From: Octopus bimaculoides
Taxonomy: Eukaryota
Direction: 5' to 3'
NCBI RefSeq assembly: GCF_001194135.2
Contig: NC_068995.1
Location: 4,051,532-4,115,531, forward strand
DNA length: 64,000 nt
Positions 35,431 to 48,904 of the stretch are shown here, piece after piece. The position numbers and the translations under genes were made by a program. The notes beneath the pieces were generated by a model. That model saw only the letters and a program-made list of their open reading frames with translations. It had not been told where the DNA came from and searched no databases. Positions within the stretch are counted from its first letter, which is position 1. Every line of letters begins with the position of its first letter.

Positions 35431-38040
35431 CCATGGCAGAGCAATAACTCTCAGAGTAGCGGACAAAATATCTTGTGATATTTAGTTTTGGCCCTTTGCG
35501 TTTTGAATTAAAACCCCACCCATCGGAAAACTGATGGCATGTTTAAATGGCAGATGTCGAATGAACTCCCTTAATATGTTGGTTTGTGTGTCTCTTTAGT
35601 TTTTATACTCCAATCCAAGCAAGTTTAGTTTTCCTTAAAAATTCGAACTCCAAACTTCGATCTTAGAAAGGATCCGTAAGAAATTGATCAATTGTGCACC
35701 AAACCACAGCGTCTTAAATTTAGTACGCATTTCATAAATTGGTTCATTGAAAATTTATATAGATGGTCACAACTGGCACGCTTATTACGGCAAATTTTTA
35801 CCATGACACTTGTTTTACTAGTCAAGTTTAATCTCAGATCAACAGACTTTCGGAATAGCTTTCGCTTACCTCATGGAGAGAGAAAAGGCTACAAATTTTG
35901 TGGATATTTCCTTCTGTGAAAAGCTTTTCGTCCCAATATTTGCGTCCCTCCGCCACAATTCTGCGCCCTTTCACCACAAAGATTTTATTACCCTTATGTT
36001 TTAGAAAATTAAAACGCCAAGTAATGACTTAAACTCTTGATATTGAAATGCACGATCAGAGACGACTTTGGATTAAGTTGCAATTTTAAGATGATTATCA
36101 ATCATAATCCTACATTAAAAATGGTAAATCAGAATTCCTCCAAGTAGTAGAGTGCCAGATTTAACTGCAGACGCCTCAAACTGTCTTTATGTATGTAATA
36201 CTACCTTTCTGTTTTATCAATTAAAAAATTAAAATCCTGCTGGAAGCGAGTTCGTCTTTCTATGGTTTTAGGATCGATAAAATTAATGAGAAATAGCTAC
36301 CAGTGATGTCACCAATTGAATAAATTGTATATCTACTCCACCCCCATTAAACATCTTTGGGCCAAATTTAGGAATCAATAAATACATTTTCACATATATT
36401 CTATTTTATTTGTTAATTAAGAACACATGAAGATGAAATGAAGTGTCGTTTTGAAATTGCAAAATTATTTAAGAGCAGTAGAAAGGTTTGCTTTCTTCAG
36501 CTCATGTGTAGAGAACAGCATTCTCTTTACATTCTCGTTGGAATCCAGGCCTGAACTGTGAAAAAGGAATCTTCAAGGTCCTGTTTATATTACACTCACC
36601 GGCCCTTTAATGACGTGAGCACAAAACCAGCGAGGAGATTTATGGACACGTTCCACCCATCGGTACACTTGTTGTTCAACACGAGGACAGCTTTACGAGC
36701 TACTTCTATCGAACTGAACACTAGGCCATCCAGGATGATAGATTTTGGAGACTTCTGCACACACAACACAAAACCCACTCAGCTATTTTGATGTTATTGG
36801 CAGAAATAGAAGTGAAATTAATGATCTTCTGAAGATAATCCGGGACAGATATTCGCGTCGCAACCTTATGAGACGCTCTTCTGTTGCAGCCGATTGACGA
36901 AGAGAAGTTTATTAACAGAATAATTTAGGTTGGTGATTGACAGAATCGTTAATATCGGACAAATTGTTTTGCAGTATTCAATTACAGTTCTTCAGACTCT
37001 GGGCTTAAATTCCATGGGAGGTCGATTTACATTTCATCCTTGCGGGGGTTGATGAAATAAGGTATCTGTCGCGTATTAGTCGTTATAACCGACCGTTTCC
37101 CCTCCTTCAAATACATAAGTAAACAAATAACCTGTCTTTGTGTCAGTTATGATTTATTAATTTGATAATCGATTGAGCATCAGATTAATTATATACGATC
37201 TGAGTTCGAATCCTGCCTGGTTCTACTTTACACACCATTTAAGAGTCGATAAATAACGCTGAGTCCTGCGTTCGATATAATCGACTGATATCTCCCTTTG
37301 TGGTTATGTTGAGAATGATTATTTTTTATTATTATATTTATACTTATCTCCAAATGATGGAGAAGGTAGTGCATTAAATAACTTCATATACTTTTCTTTA
37401 AATATGTCGCCTTTTATAATTGCCAAACACACGCTTGCGTGCAAATCAAAGATGCTGTTCCCGTCAGTCGTATCATATATATTTGTCAGTTTGACGCATA
37501 GCCGACTACACTGGATTAATTGTGAAGCTGGGACGTTCAAAGTCTAAACTAGTTGTCCTCGGTCATTCTACACCACATTACTTGTTTGTACTTCAATAAA
37601 TGTGAGTGTGTGTGTGTGAAAGAGAGAGAGAGAGAGAATCTTAATTGAAAAGCGTGTATAGCAGTGTTATGGGGCAAAGCGTAAGCTCCCACAGTGGCGA
37701 ATACGGGACTTGTATTTGCCTTTTGACTTTGTTGCCAAGTCACTTAAATTACACGAAAAAAATCTTGGAGAGAGACAGCATGTCACACATTCCTTCTATC
37801 AGTAAATAAAAAGAGGGAAAGAAACCCTTAGTTTGTCATGTACTTGTCAGCGTTGTTGTCGGCGTTTCTAAGTTTCTCTAAGTGGGGTGGACAATTTCTA
37901 TGATCGCTGCAGACCTTCTTGCAATGCCGGAGTGTCCTAAAGGGCCGAGGGTTCCGTGGCGTTATGTTCACCCTGCTTTCGTCATCTGGTCACCAAAACA
38001 GGATATAAACTCAGTGTCCACATTATTCCTTTACGCTCTG

Positions 38041-38093
<53 letters not shown>

Positions 38094-38123
38094 ATTTGAT
38101 GTATTCTATTGTTTTGTTCATTT

Positions 38124-38253
38124 ATGTGTTGGAGGTTATGGTTATACAATAATGAAATCGCGTGTCCCACAAATACAACAACGAACAATTTCCTGGTTGC
38201 CCATCCGGATTATTTGAAATCTACAGAACCACATCTGAACGACAGCATCACAG
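38124..38253 (+). CDS. MRH/M6PR-like gene, probable first coding exon: MCWRLWLYNNEIACPTNTTTNNFLVAHPDYLKSTEPHLNDSIT(V). The signal-like start MYSIVLFI... at 38099 is out of frame by 1 nt.
   Basis: Strong (CT)n-cag acceptor at 38092. Open frame to donor G|gttagt at 38254; phase 1 matches the next exon. Confidence 0.55.
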
Positions 38254-38398
38254 GTTAGTTATTTCTCTGTAAGAATCGTTGTATCTCTTTGACACGCTCT
38301 ATTACGCTCTCTCTCAACGCTACTCTCTCTCTTGCTAACCAGATTTATAATATATCAGTCAGACATATATTTCAGTATGGCTGCGTAATGCGTGTGCG

Positions 38399-38429
<31 letters not shown>

Positions 38430-38885
38430 AGAGGGAGAGGGAGGTGTGCGTGTGTGTGTGTGCGCACGCGAAGTTGCGTAGCCAAGTGGTTGGATTATAG
38501 ACCGCACAATTGTTAATTCATAGTCTGATACCTGGAGCGGTGATGCGCTGTTCTTGTGCACCGACTCTGGTGAATTATAAATAATGATAAAAATGATGAT
38601 AATAATGCATATAACTAAACTGTTTGCAATAGTAAATTGGTGGAATGATAGAGCAGAAAGTTAGACAAAATGCATATACATTTCTATGTTCTGATTTCAA
38701 TCCCCAGTGAGGTATAATTTTCCTTCCATCGTTTTTAGGGTTGATTAAAGACATATACTGGGGGGGGGGGGGAGCATTCAATTGACTATACCCATTCCTT
38801 AAATTTAACGCATTATGTTTGATCTTAAAAAAAAAGAGAAACGGTAGTATTAATACTATCAGTTGCATTATTTTCTCATTACCAG

Positions 38886-39073
38886 TTGCCACCATATGGG
38901 TGAGACTGCCACAAGGTGATGTGTTATTCAGAGACAACATACCATCATCATTCCAACTCAATTTCCTGTGTAATCCTTCAGTGAAGTCGCCTTTTGATAA
39001 ATGTGCGGTTGGTAACTGCTTCGTGTTGTCGACTACTGACAAGCAGCTTGAAGGAGACGACAGTATAGCATAC
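38886..39073 (+). CDS. MRH/M6PR-like gene exon: ATIWVRLPQGDVLFRDNIPSSFQLNFLCNPSVKSPFDKCAVGNCFVLSTTDKQLEGDDSIAY
   Basis: Acceptor ttttctcattaccag, donor |gtgagt, phase 1 to 0 (188 nt). Confidence 0.85.
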
Positions 39074-39136
39074 GTGAGTATTGTATGAAGCACACACGTT
39101 ATATGTACACACACTGAGGCTCAGAACACACTCACC

Positions 39137-39183
<47 letters not shown>

Positions 39184-39270
39184 AACTCACAACGTACCCA
39201 CTCAGCAATACACACACAAGCTCAAGCACACACACAGGTACACGCACAAGCGGGTACTGTAACACAAAAA

Positions 39271-39335
<65 letters not shown>

Positions 39336-40391
39336 GCGCACTCACGCGCACAAACACACAACACCTGCACACACACGCTCACAACACCTGCACGCAAACA
39401 CACCACACTCATACACACTCCCCAAGCCACACTCACTCCCCAAGCCACACTCCCACTCCGCCATTATTTAAACATTCCTCTCCCTGTCACCATTAACCTA
39501 TTATAAATATTTTGATCTTTTTACCGTATTTACTAACTTTCCATAAATATTTATAAAAACGTTGTTTCTGAAAGACATAAATGGCTATTTCCATATAAAA
39601 ATTATATTTTTAATCTCGTATAAATGGTTCCGTATATAAACATTTCGATTTATATAAACATTTCCATATGCATAACCTTTGTATATTAACAATGTGTGTT
39701 TTGTTTCTGTCTAAACTTTCGTTTGTAGAACTCGCGTGCCGATGTGCTGGAAGTTGAGGTAATATTTTCTCACTAAATTTAAATCATATATTTGTATGTT
39801 GGTTCATATTTTGCATTTTTATTTCGATTTTATTCTCGAAAACAAAACCTCTTTAGTAGAGGACAAGGTGACCGAAAAAGTGCAGAATTTTATATTTAAC
39901 TAACGTAAATAAGAAAAGCAACATATAATTTGTATATTGTAAACAAAATATGTTTGAAGGTTTGATAAAAACCGCGTTAAATGATGAATAATGTCCATTT
40001 ATATTCAAAATCAGCTGTAGACATGGAGTAACGACCCGAATGTCACTAAACTGTGTTGTCGAAAGTTGCTTAAAAATAGCATTTTCAATATTTTTGGTGC
40101 AACTTCTTGCATGGAAACGCACCTTGTGTCGTTTCGCTTTCGCAGTGTGCTCAAAATGAACAAGTGAAAGTAGAATACAATCCAGTTGGTTGGAGTAATG
40201 ATAGCCAAATACCAAACACGTGATCTGAACTAACTGATTCAATGTTAATACTCTCATTCAGAAGCGATTCGAAATCTGTTTTAATTCTTTTCCGTTAGTC
40301 TTCAAATATCTGATGAGGATTTGTTTGTTCATCTTTGAAACTCTAATTGAGAGGGAGTTGAATCACTGTTATTAAACAACGCACGCACACA

Positions 40392-40424
<33 letters not shown>

Positions 40425-40458
40425 GAAGGCGCATTGCTAAGTGTTAAGCGCATCGTGC

Positions 40459-40493
<35 letters not shown>

Positions 40494-40613
40494 GTAAAAA
40501 TCTCATTCGGTATATNNNNNNNNNNNNNNNNNNNNNNNNNNNNNNNNNNNNNNNNNNNNNNNNNNNNNNNNNNNNNNNNNNNNNNNNNNNNNNNNNGTGA
40601 AGATCTCGTTCGG

Positions 40614-40645
<32 letters not shown>

Positions 40646-40713
40646 CTGTATCATATCGCATTATTGAATTTACGCTTGTTGTCCATAAATATTTTCTTAT
40701 ATTTCTTTTGTAG

Positions 40714-40859
40714 AATGTAATCAACGTCACATCTTCCGATGCTTGTAGTGGTTCAAAGCAATTAATTCTCGGAATCATTCCTCAGCAATGTCTGACCCTT
40801 CCGCCACATGAATCAACCACCCCTTCCAGCGGATCTCTCGTAGTTTTTATCATGACTGT
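40714..40859 (+). CDS. MRH/M6PR-like gene exon: NVINVTSSDACSGSKQLILGIIPQQCLTLPPHESTTPSSGSLVVFIMT(V)
   Basis: Acceptor ttttcttatatttcttttgtag, donor GT|gtaaga, phase 0 to 2 (146 nt). SxAC motif followed by the start of the TM helix. Confidence 0.87.
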
Positions 40860-41404
40860 GTAAGAAAACTCATAAATTTTATTCCGTATGTTTTCCCGCT
40901 TCACTTCAACATACCTGAGTAAACTGCTATTATTAATGACAGACTGTTTCAAATAACACCCACCCGTTTTATATAACCCGGTCGCTACCCCGGATAAGTA
41001 AGGACTAGTTTAACAGTCTAGAAAAAATAAGACACAGAAATCACACTAGCAATTTCCTAAATATATTCGATCAGAGCTGACCGAGGGCTGAACAACATTT
41101 TTCAGTCGACTGGTCAATAACGGAAGATGTACGTGGTCAACTGACCTCCTAGAAATAACGGATGCATCTCCTTCAAAGTAAATCCCACGACCGTTGTAAA
41201 CAAGTAGATGGGGAATAATCTAAGATGTTACCCATCCTCTAAGTTATATAAGACTAATTTATATAATTTCAGGTCGATTTGGCTGCTTTTACCAGCAGAC
41301 CGAACGGCCAACTAGATTTGTTGTTTATAGTTATGATGATGAATGAGATGATGTTTCATGGATACAATGATTGCTTTCTTTACCTTCTTTTTTTAAACCT
41401 ACAG

Positions 41405-41516
41405 ACTATTAACCATTGTAATACTTTACTTCGTGTGTGGAACTTGTTGTAATTATATTTCGGGTTTACGTGGTTCAGATTCGATCCCACATATCAACTG
41501 TCTTACTCAAGTAGGC
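41405..41516 (+). CDS. MRH/M6PR-like gene exon: LLTIVILYFVCGTCCNYISGLRGSDSIPHINCLTQVG (TM end and juxtamembrane tail)
   Basis: Acceptor ttctttttttaaacctacag, donor |gtaagt, phase 2 to 0 (112 nt). Resembles CD-M6PR [23 protein letters not shown]. Confidence 0.88.
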
Positions 41517-42290
41517 GTAAGTAAATTATTTTTGCTTTCATGCTTTTTTTTTTATTTTGTGTAAATCACCCCACTATATCCATTGTTTCAGTAAGTCATT
41601 CAGATTTATCGAGGTCTTTGTAAAAAAAAAATACGATATTAATTTGTGAAATGGTTCATCTTGAAGCAAATAAGCTATAATTGATTGAGTGTAAATAATG
41701 TATTATCGGGATCTTTGGAGAAAATGTAATATAATGAAAGACAGAAATTATTTCATTACGGTTCTTTTGCATTTTGAGTTCAAATTTAATCAAGTCAGCT
41801 TGACTTTTCATCGTTTCGATAAAATAGAGTACAAGTCGAGTAATGAGGTCGATGAAATAACGTCTGTCTAGGTACTCGATTCCGCGAAATGAAGTACCAG
41901 TCAAGTATTATCGTAAATAAAATAAAGAACACTTATATGACAAATAATATTATAGTAATACTAATAATGAAAATAAATCGAGTGATCAACCCGATATACT
42001 TCGATACTACGGACTGCACTGTAATCATGCCCGGAATACGGTCTATGACCTTAAGCATGTGTGGAATGCGCGTAGCGACGCATTAAAATATTTATACACT
42101 CCATTCAAAGATTACTATTATTACTATATTTACCCTACATTATATCGGCACAGCTCAGTGCAATTACAAAACTGGTACCTCCAGGTGATATCATTAGGCT
42201 GTGACAAGTATAATAGCATATGAGCATTTATATGCATATTCAAAACGTTTCCTGTAAACAAAAGTAAAGATATAATATAACACATACATA

Positions 42291-42505
42291 CGAGGGTTCT
42301 GAAAAGTTCTTGACTTTAAGGGTCTCGCGGAAGGCCTGGTTGGAGACTGAAAGGGCCCAGTTCTTTCATAGAGCTTAGAAAAACTGAAGGACCGCTGCAA
42401 AAAGTGCGGGAATCGGAGAAGGTAGTATATTTAATGAAATCATAATTAACTGATCTTCCCCTGTTTTCTTTTATCCAAAGCTAGTAATTTTCCAGCCCCC
42501 TATCG
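42291..42505. mobile_element. Tc1/mariner-type MITE in the last intron of the M6PR-like gene
   Basis: ta|cgagggttctgaaaagttc...ttttccagccccctatcg; homologous to 33745-33967. Confidence 0.75.
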
Positions 42506-42559
42506 TGTGTGAGCGCGAAAAAATCTATACAATTAATTTTCTAATTCTTTCTTTTACAG

Positions 42560-42631
42560 AATTGTTTCCAAGACATATGGTATAGAATAAAATGCTGTGA
42601 CCGTTATCGAGGTCCATATCAAGAAATATGA
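42560..42631 (+). CDS. MRH/M6PR-like gene terminal exon: NCFQDIWYRIKCCDRYRGPYQEI*
   Basis: Acceptor ttctttcttttacag, phase 0, TGA at 42629-42631, C-terminal YxxI motif; AATAAA at 42813-42818. Confidence 0.85.
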   Translation, partial: NCFQDIWYRIKCCDRYRGPYQEI

Positions 42632-43179
42632 ACAATAGATTATATAGCTATGTATATATGTACCGGTGTGTGTGTGGTAGATCAATGTATACGTCAACTG
42701 CCACATGCATTTAGCTGGTTGCAGATACAGGAATTCGTGTCCTCCACATCTTGAAACCTAGTCTTCCATTAAAGAACGGTTAAAAGTAAATATGTATAGG
42801 ATACAATTTAAGAATAAACGAAAACTGTCCGAAATAAAATGTTACTATGTATTATATAAAGCATTACATATTATAGAATATTGTTATACATTTCGAAATT
42901 GTATTTGTTTCTTTAGATATTATGAATGTATTTATCTAAATAGGAAAAGACGAATGAAATTAATAAATAATCGTATTTATCTCTCAATGTTCGTTTCTCC
43001 TGCGTTTCTCCAGCGGTTGGCCCATCAGATATTACTCGTCAAAAACCAGGCCAAGTCACTAAAATATAAATAATTAGCAAACATCACATGTGGAATAAAT
43101 TACATCATATATCACAGTTAAGTTAATCCTATAAATAAATGTTTTGTTTAGTGTAATATTTCGTACACTCTCTAATGTC

Positions 43180-43221
<42 letters not shown>

Positions 43222-43499
43222 GGGAGCTAAATATTCTGGAGTTTAATAAATTTATATAATGATGGCCAATGTTCATTTATTTCATCCTGAACTGCGAAAT
43301 TACATTTAATTTATTTAACGCTTAACTGCGAAATTAGATTTCAAGGATTCCAGTTTTTATGTTAAATGTCGACTGAAACATAGAATTGGCATTTTCTGCA
43401 AGTTGCATTACCTCAATAAACTTAACATTTCTCAAAAAAATATTTTCAAATTGCGCATTTCTCAGCAAAATATAATTTGATCTATCAAACTGCTTTCCG

Positions 43500-43830
43500 T
43501 AGTCGAAGGTAATGAAACTTTTAGAGGCTATATCTGATTTCCGCTTGTGTTATACTAAAGATACTTGAAAAGGATTCTGAGAACGTATTCGCAAGACCAC
43601 ATAAACATTTGAAGACATTCTAAAGAGAGACACCATAAGACCGTCAAGCGAAATCACCAGAGAACGAAAATTTCGACATGCAGATCATATACGTCGACTA
43701 CCAGAACAACTCCATTTTAAGACAGTTATCAAATGGACACCACCACAAGGGGAAAAGGAAGAGGTAGACTGAGAACGATATGGCACAAAACATTCATAAC
43801 CGATATAAGAGAGAGACCGCCATTATCGCA
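43500..43830 (+). mobile_element. Degraded 3' end of an RTE-clade LINE
   Basis: Translation EITRERKFRHADHIRRLPEQLHFKTVIKWTPPQG... resembles the RTE C-terminal RF.GHI.R....A..W.P.G.R.RGRP segment. Confidence 0.65.
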
Positions 43831-45140
43831 GGGGCGGATGTGAAGAAAACTGCAGCCAATTGAAATATTTTCGTTATCACAGGAGGTGATAAAATTGATA
43901 CTAACACACAACCAACGCAGCAAACTGATGCTGACGCACATCTAAAGCAGCAGACCCTATATGGAATCACCTCCAGGTACCAAGCATAAAATATACACAA
44001 TATACTATACAACCGCATTTATGTAATAAACAATTCTATATAAATTCTATGGAACAGCTATCCAATAATGTAACAATCGCTGCACAACTCCTACACCACA
44101 ATCTTTACGCATTCACAACGGGGCACTAAAATTCAGGGCACCATCCATACGGCACGTACGAAACAGAAGCGCCGCCCATCAAAATAACCAACCAACACAG
44201 ATGAAATGCTAAATACAATACCGCAAATAAAACAAACAAACGCAACCAATCGAAATTGACCTTAGTATATAAACCCAGTTCTACATTCAGCAAATGACAA
44301 TGGTGCACGCACTTCAAGAACAGTGGAGGTATACAACAAAGTTGCATGAAACCAATCGAAGCACGCGAGGCATTCCGACAACAATAATGATAATGACAAT
44401 GACGAAGATAATTGTCAATGAGTTTTCTGCAAATATGGATACATTGTTTTAATTAGCGGTGTTAATTTCTATTTAAACTGTCTAGGTGACTAAACGCCAA
44501 TCAATGTAAAATACTGTTTTGTCTTAAAATTAGATTTCATTGATATTTTCATATTAAAAAAAAAACACATTGTTTGTATAGTTATAATTAATTAATCCAC
44601 TGTTTAATTAGTTTTGCATATATTTTTAGGTTTTTGTTATATTTGTGAATTCTGATTTTGCCATTCTGATAACGACTATGCAATTACAACGCCGTTTGGA
44701 TTGTAATATTCCGGTCATTCTTAGTGAAGTGTAGGGATGGGGGTGGCAAAGTTGGCTGAGCATCGGACATGTCATGTGGTATTTAATCACAAGTGTTGAA
44801 GAAGTGGGTTCAAATTCCGCTGTGACTATTTTATAACTCTTCTTACTGATGCGAAAATAATAAAGTGTAGATAAAATAAAGTTCCACTCGTGTACGGCGA
44901 TGGTTCGAATCGACTGTTCCCCACGACGAATGTTTGGTCAAAGAAAATTTTCTCTCTAAATTCTTGATGCGAGGAACAGCATTCAGAGTGTCACTCGAGT
45001 CTTGGATTAAATATCCTACGGTTTTTCGATTCATTCTAATCCGTTTTGATTTCAATTCCTGCGGAGATCGACTGTAAATCTTATCCTTCAAACGCCGATA
45101 AAATATATACCAGTGAAATACTGGTCTACATAATCGATTA

Positions 45141-45450
45141 CGAAGGTGTGTGGCTAAATGGTTCTGGTATTCGGCTCAAGATCATAAGGCTATGAGTTCG
45201 ATACCCGCAGTGGCTTTGTCCTTGAGCAAGGCAGTTTATTTCACGTTGCTGAAGTCCATGCAGCTGGCCCGAATGAGTTGCACTTGTAAAGCCAAAGGGT
45301 CAGCCTTGTTATATTCTGTCCCACGCAGAATTTTCCTGAGAACTACGTTGTCTAGGAAGTACTCAGCCTCTTGCACATTAATTTCACGAGCTGGCCATTC
45401 CGTTGATCGCAACAATTGGAACCCTCGTCGTCGGAACCAACGAAGAGCCG
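45141..45450 (+). mobile_element. SINE family 3
   Basis: tRNA-like head (gtggctaaatgg...gagttcgatacc); the body matches the reverse of 32611-32990. Confidence 0.8.
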
Positions 45451-46879
45451 GTTATATAATCGTCTATATGTTGTCTTTAAAAGAATTCTTGGCACTGTAC
45501 CAGTGTTGCAAAGCCTTTCTAAACTGCTATGCATGGAGCACCAGCAAAATGGCTCACGCTATTTACTGACATCCGTTAGTGCTGTGGGTCAAATCCCAAT
45601 GTCAACTCTTCCAAGCCAGATAAAATAAAGTACCTGTCATACAGTGGGTCGAGGTAATCGAATGTTGCTCGCACCAAAATGTGAATACTGGGATCAATAT
45701 AATCGACTGCCTCCCTTAAAATTTAAGGTCTTATACCTTTTGTAGAAAGGATATATTTTATGGCCCCGAGAAACAGTAGAACGATGAAGCCTGAGATACA
45801 GTTTGACTGAAACTACTGCGGGGCTTAGACGCTAGAACAACCATTCATCCATGCGTGCCTCACTCGTCGAATGCAAGCAAAAATGAGTCCTTGTCAAGTA
45901 GCGCGGTTGATCTATCCAATTTTAGCTCAATCCCCTCCCGCAAAACACCAACAAAAATCTATGTCGTACTAATCTAAGAAATCATTAAGTTAATTATTCT
46001 TTATTTTGTTAATTACATTTCTACAATAATTATATGCTACGTTTGCGAAATTTCTTTTTATATCATCAGATTGTTTACTTTTCTTACAAATTTCTTTTCC
46101 TTCTTTTTCTTTTTCTTCTGAATTTTTAAATGTTATTTTGCTAATTGTATTTCAATTCCACTCTTCATGTTTTTTTGTTGTAGAATTAGTTGCTTCCGGC
46201 ATTTTCTTACAGTTTTCTTTTTACATAGTAAACCTTCTTCCCATTCCGCCCCTCCTACCACTACCACAAATAAAAACAAAAACCACTAGTTTATAGTTGA
46301 TTCGTCTTTTGTTTTATCAAATATAATTATTTCTAAATTCATCATTACTACCACCACCAACACTATCACTACAACTACAAACACTACCAGCTCTACGGCC
46401 ACCACTACTACCATTGCCGATGTTGAAACCACCAGCACAAACAAAATGTCAATCTATATAAATATAAATAAAAAATATTAAAGATTTAGCAAATAGAATT
46501 TTCGTTTGTTCTTTGAACATTTTTTTTTTTTTGGTCTGGTTGAAAATAATGGATTAAAAATAGTGAGAAAGTTTCCGATTATTTTTTTTAAAAAGACTAT
46601 AATAGAATGAGTAGCAGTAAATCTAAAAACAAAATCTAAATAAAAATAAATTAAGGAGGAAAACAAAAAGCAAATTTAATGCGTTAAATTAATTAACAAT
46701 AATAGCGGAAATTTTCACTAAAGAAAATGAGAAAATTCTATAGAAAACGTATCCATTGTCTGTTAGGGCAACGGGTTAGATTCGAGTCTGGATTGAACTT
46801 GGCTAAGAATATAGAATAATTCATTTAGTCTCCCGTCTCTAACACCTGTTGTAGGTTGATAGCAATAATAATAATAATA

Positions 46880-47530
46880 ATCCTTTCTACTAAAGGCACA
46901 AGGTCTTGATGGAGCACAATAGTCAACGACATAAACCGCAGTGTTTCACTGGTATTTAACTTATCGACCCCCTAAATCAATGAAGGCACAGTCGACCTCA
47001 GCGGAATTTGAACCTAGGACCTGAAGACGGAGGAAATGCCGCTAAGCATTTTGCTCGGTGTGCTAATGGTTCTGCCAGTTAGTCGCCTTAGTAGTAGCAG
47101 CAGTAATAATAATAATAATAATAATAATTTCAAACTTTGGCACAAGGCTAGCAACTTCGCGGGAGGGGTTAAATCAATTACACCGACCCTAGTGCTCAAC
47201 TCGCACTTATTTTATTGATTCCGAAAGGATGAAAAGCAAAGTCTACCTCGGCGGAATTTGAACTCAGAACGAGGAGGCAGACGAACTACCGCCTTCTTAG
47301 TAGTATTAATAGTGATAATAATATTTATAGTACTACTAAGGCGACGATCAAAGCAGAGACGTTAGCAGGCCGGGCGAAACGCTTAGCATATTTCGCCAGT
47401 GTTTACGTTCTGAGTTCAAATTCCGCCGCGGTCGACTTTTCCTTTCATCCTTTCGGGGTCGATAAATTAAGTACCAGATGTGTACTGGGAACGATCTAAT
47501 CGACTGCCCCCCCCTCCCCAAAACTTTAAA
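46880..47530. mobile_element. Cluster of three SINE family 1 copies (two -, one +) among (AAT)n/(AGT)n
   Basis: Consensus matches at about 46880-47080, 47130-47295 and 47338-47530. Confidence 0.85.
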
Positions 47531-48904
47531 AATATTCTTTTTAGAAAAGAATATTTATAATAATACCAACAACAATAGGAACCATAAGAAGAATACAATC
47601 TATAAAAGACAAGCAGTAGCTGCAATAATAACTGATACTATCACAATAATAATGACAACAAGAACAAGAACAAAAACGGCCAACATAAAGAATGACGATC
47701 ACAATTTCAATAACAATAATAATTAAAGCCAACACAATACAAATTAATATAAGCAAATGTAATAAAACAAAAGCTATAACAACAAAAACAAATAACAACA
47801 ATAATTGTCAAAAAAAAAAAATGTTCATAACAATAAAAGCAACTACTACAACTTCAACAACAATAGCTACTAGAATAAGAATGAAGAAATCGTTCTGATA
47901 ATGAAAATTATTTTACTTATCTATATTTATTTTTATTAACTTTTTGATTGAAAAGAAAAAAAAACAGTTTTATAAAATGGAAAGTTGTAAAATGAAATAA
48001 AAAATATATTAGAAAAATACATTGGAATAAAGTTATGTAAATAACTAAAGATTTATGATAAAAGAAACATAAAACGCACACAGACACTCACAGAAATAAA
48101 TGGCAGCATGAAATAGAGTTAGGATTGGTTACTTGGATTTAATTAACTCAAACTAAATTTTTGAAACTACGAAGAATTTAGTCAATATTGCTGGTAGGTG
48201 AGTGAACAAGAAGACGCCATACTTATTAACAAATTTATTGATAAAGAGAAGCAAAAGGAAACGAAAAATATCGAACAATTAATATTTGTTTTTCCTCTAC
48301 GATCTGTGTTTTTCTTCTCTTTATTTTGTGTTGTCTTCAAATATTTCTTTCGTTATTTGGAATTTGTTGTTTTGTTTTTTATTGTTATTTTTATTACCCT
48401 ATTCATTGACAATTTAGGAGATACATCAAAAGATGCAGCTCTTGAGACTTTGGAGTGAGAGTCCAGTTTAAGATGTTTGAGGTGTCTTGTTCGAACTCAA
48501 CTTTTAACTGAATAAAAACTGTGAGTCTATAAGTGTTTTCTACACTTCCAGGGAAGGAGTGATGATCAGAGTAGCCGACCGTCGTGACTTGTTACGAAGA
48601 ACACCAGCCCAGATTGAAGAGTATAGTTTTTAGGTATTAGTGAAAGAGACTCCTTCCAACGTTCAAACACCTGCTAACAGTATGGGTCTTTGAATACCAT
48701 TGCTTAGAATGTGTGGGTACATGAAAAAGCTTTTTGATGACAGCGATGGCGAAGAAGCTGACGATGTCGTTTATCTATCAGTCTTTGCAGCAGCTTCTCT
48801 CTTGGATCAAGTAAAAACTGAGTTCGGTCCATTACCTTCTGCAAGTAGCAACTCTTATATTCGAGAAAACGTAAGATGTGGATATTATGCCCTGCGAGCG
48901 ATTG

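Noticed and set aside
40146-40223. Phase-0 candidate exon CAQNEQVKVEYNPVGWSNDSQIPNT*
   Set aside because: It would truncate the M6PR-like protein before the TM helix, and there is no compatible donor. 39073 joins 40714 directly.
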